The translations under genes and the position numbers were made by a program. The notes under the pieces were generated by a model. That model was not told the DNA's origin and did no database searches. It saw only the letters and a list, made by a program, of their open reading frames with translations. From NCBI RefSeq assembly GCF_964213995.1, contig NC_135811.1, forward strand, positions 29,884,001 through 29,948,000: DNA of 64,000 nucleotides, given 5' to 3'. Each line of letters starts with the position of its first letter. The stretch's first letter is position 1. The DNA comes from Mustelus asterias (Eukaryota). Positions 62,510 to 64,000 of this stretch are shown here, piece after piece.

Positions 62510-63140
62510 AGAACAGAACAAAAAACAGAGAATTCTAAGCAGGTCAGGCAGCATCTGTGGAGAGAGAAAGAAAGTAATGTTTCAGATCAATTACTTGATC
62601 AGAATTGGAAAATATCAGAAGTGTGAGAGGATTTAAGGAAGTGAGGAACAAAAGAGAAGGTCAATGATAGGGTGGAGGGTTGGAGAGTTTAGACAACAAA
62701 AAGTATGATGGTGTAAAATGGATGGTAATGGGGCAAAAAAAGAAACAATAATTGGTATTGAGGAAGTTATAATAAAGGTGGGTGTTGAGGAGGTGTCAAT
62801 AACAGGAGGCAATAACAGAATCATTGCCAATTAGTGCTGTCTGATAAAATGGGAGCAATTGTTATGATTCTGGAATGGTTAAATTCAAAGTTGAATCTGG
62901 GAGGCTCTAATGTGTCTAACTGAAAGGTGAGGTGCATTTCCACAAGCTTCAATCGAGCAGTGAAGAAGGCCCATTGGGACCTAGAACTCAGTGTGACAGT
63001 GTGCTGGAGAATTAAAATGATAGGTGACCAAAAATTCCAGGTTATGCGTGCAGACTGAACAAAAGTGTTCTGAAGAGCAATCACCCAATCCATGTTTGCT
63101 CTTTCACATGTAAAGGAGATTGCTGGGGACACATGAGCTT
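62510..63140 (-). mobile_element. Old Penelope-like element relic (GIY-YIG C-terminus and 3' region)
   Basis: EMHLTFQLDTLEPPRFNFEF resembles the E.hli..l.Tl.P.GlN end of Penelope GIY-YIG domains. Confidence 0.55.
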
Positions 63141-63360
63141 TGGACGTTCTCTGGGTCTCTGCACCAGAATTGTATTATCAGTTTAAAATCTGAGAATATA
63201 TGCTAATAGCAGGATCAGCAGTGTGTAGGTTCTACAAGAAGAAACTATGTTTACCAGTGAATTGGAATATACTCTGCATCAAACAAAATTATTTAATTCA
63301 TGTCAAATTGCTTTGCTTGATTGAAATGCATTTATCATTAAATTGTGTTCTATTTTAGGG

Positions 63361-63712
63361 GAGGCACGGTGGCACAGTGGTTAGCATTGCTGCCTCACAG
63401 TGCCAGGGATCCAGCCTTGGGTGACTTTTCGTGGAGTTTGCACATTCTCCCCATGTCTGTGTGGGTTTCCTCCAGGTGCTCCAGTTACCTTCCAATGTCC
63501 GAAGATGTGTAGGTTAGGTAGATTGGCTATGCTAAATTGCCCCTTAGTGTCCCAAGAGGTGCAGGTTAGGGGGATTAGCCAGGGAAAATGTGCGGGATTA
63601 TGGGGATAGGACGATGAGATAGGCCTGGGTGGGTTGCTGTTTCAGAGAGTTGGTGCAGATTTGATGGGCTGAATGGCCTCCTACTGCAATGTAGGGATTC
63701 TATAGTTCTATG
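63361..63712 (+). mobile_element. HE1-like SINE
   Basis: GGCACGGTGGCACAGTGGTTAGCA head, TTCTAT tail. Confidence 0.82.
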
Positions 63713-63737
63713 GATGAAGCATTTAGGTTAAATAGAA

Positions 63738-64000
63738 AGGCTGGGATTCTCCCAAAAAAATTCTAAGTGCTGAATTCGCATAAAAACTGGAGTAAATCCC
63801 GCTGGTTTTGTCAGTGGGATTTTCAAAATGTATCTCCCATACTCTTTGCATCACAGAATGCCCTGGTGTGAATCATGATAAAAATCAGTGGGCGGGGCCT
63901 TTTCCCAGTGGATAGGCCGGCAGCATAGTTCTGAGCAGGCCATTGAACATGCGCCGACCTGTCAGCACCGAGATCAGAGAATGAACAGTAGCCCGCACTG
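63738..64000. mobile_element. Harbinger-like MITE end, running off the window
   Basis: GGCTGGGATTCTCCC…TTCTAAGTGC terminus resembles the other MITE ends in this window. Confidence 0.5.

Overview
Eukaryotic, repeat-rich DNA, most likely from a shark (HE1-type tRNA-SINEs, CR1/HER1 LINEs, a shark-type Penelope terminal repeat). The window holds one complete, manually reconstructed protein-coding gene on the + strand (ATG 6887, stop 61902, AATAAA at 62229 and 62358) that the ORF track largely misses because its exons are tiny. With all exons included it has 34 exons and about 986 aa: signal peptide - 2x somatomedin-B (SMB) module - CUB - 5x SMB module - CUB - ZP domain - furin site - EHP, i.e. 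CUZD1/DMBT1-like. Eighteen exons are symmetric phase-1 microexons of 12, 18, 24 or 27 nt. Each SMB module is built as [Ser/Thr linker microexon]-[126-nt 9-Cys exon]-[27-nt exon carrying a 10th Cys]. The array shows microexon birth and death (acceptor shifts, dead copies, truncated decoy exons), CUB exons more diverged than their introns, and a transmembrane/cytoplasmic tail stranded out of frame. Upstream lies a decayed two-gene PIF/Harbinger transposon whose terminal repeat is shared with an intronic MITE. Introns carry CR1, Rex1/Babar, SINE, solo-LTR and Penelope-type insertions. All exon calls come from splice signals, frame and paralogy; no transcript evidence was available.
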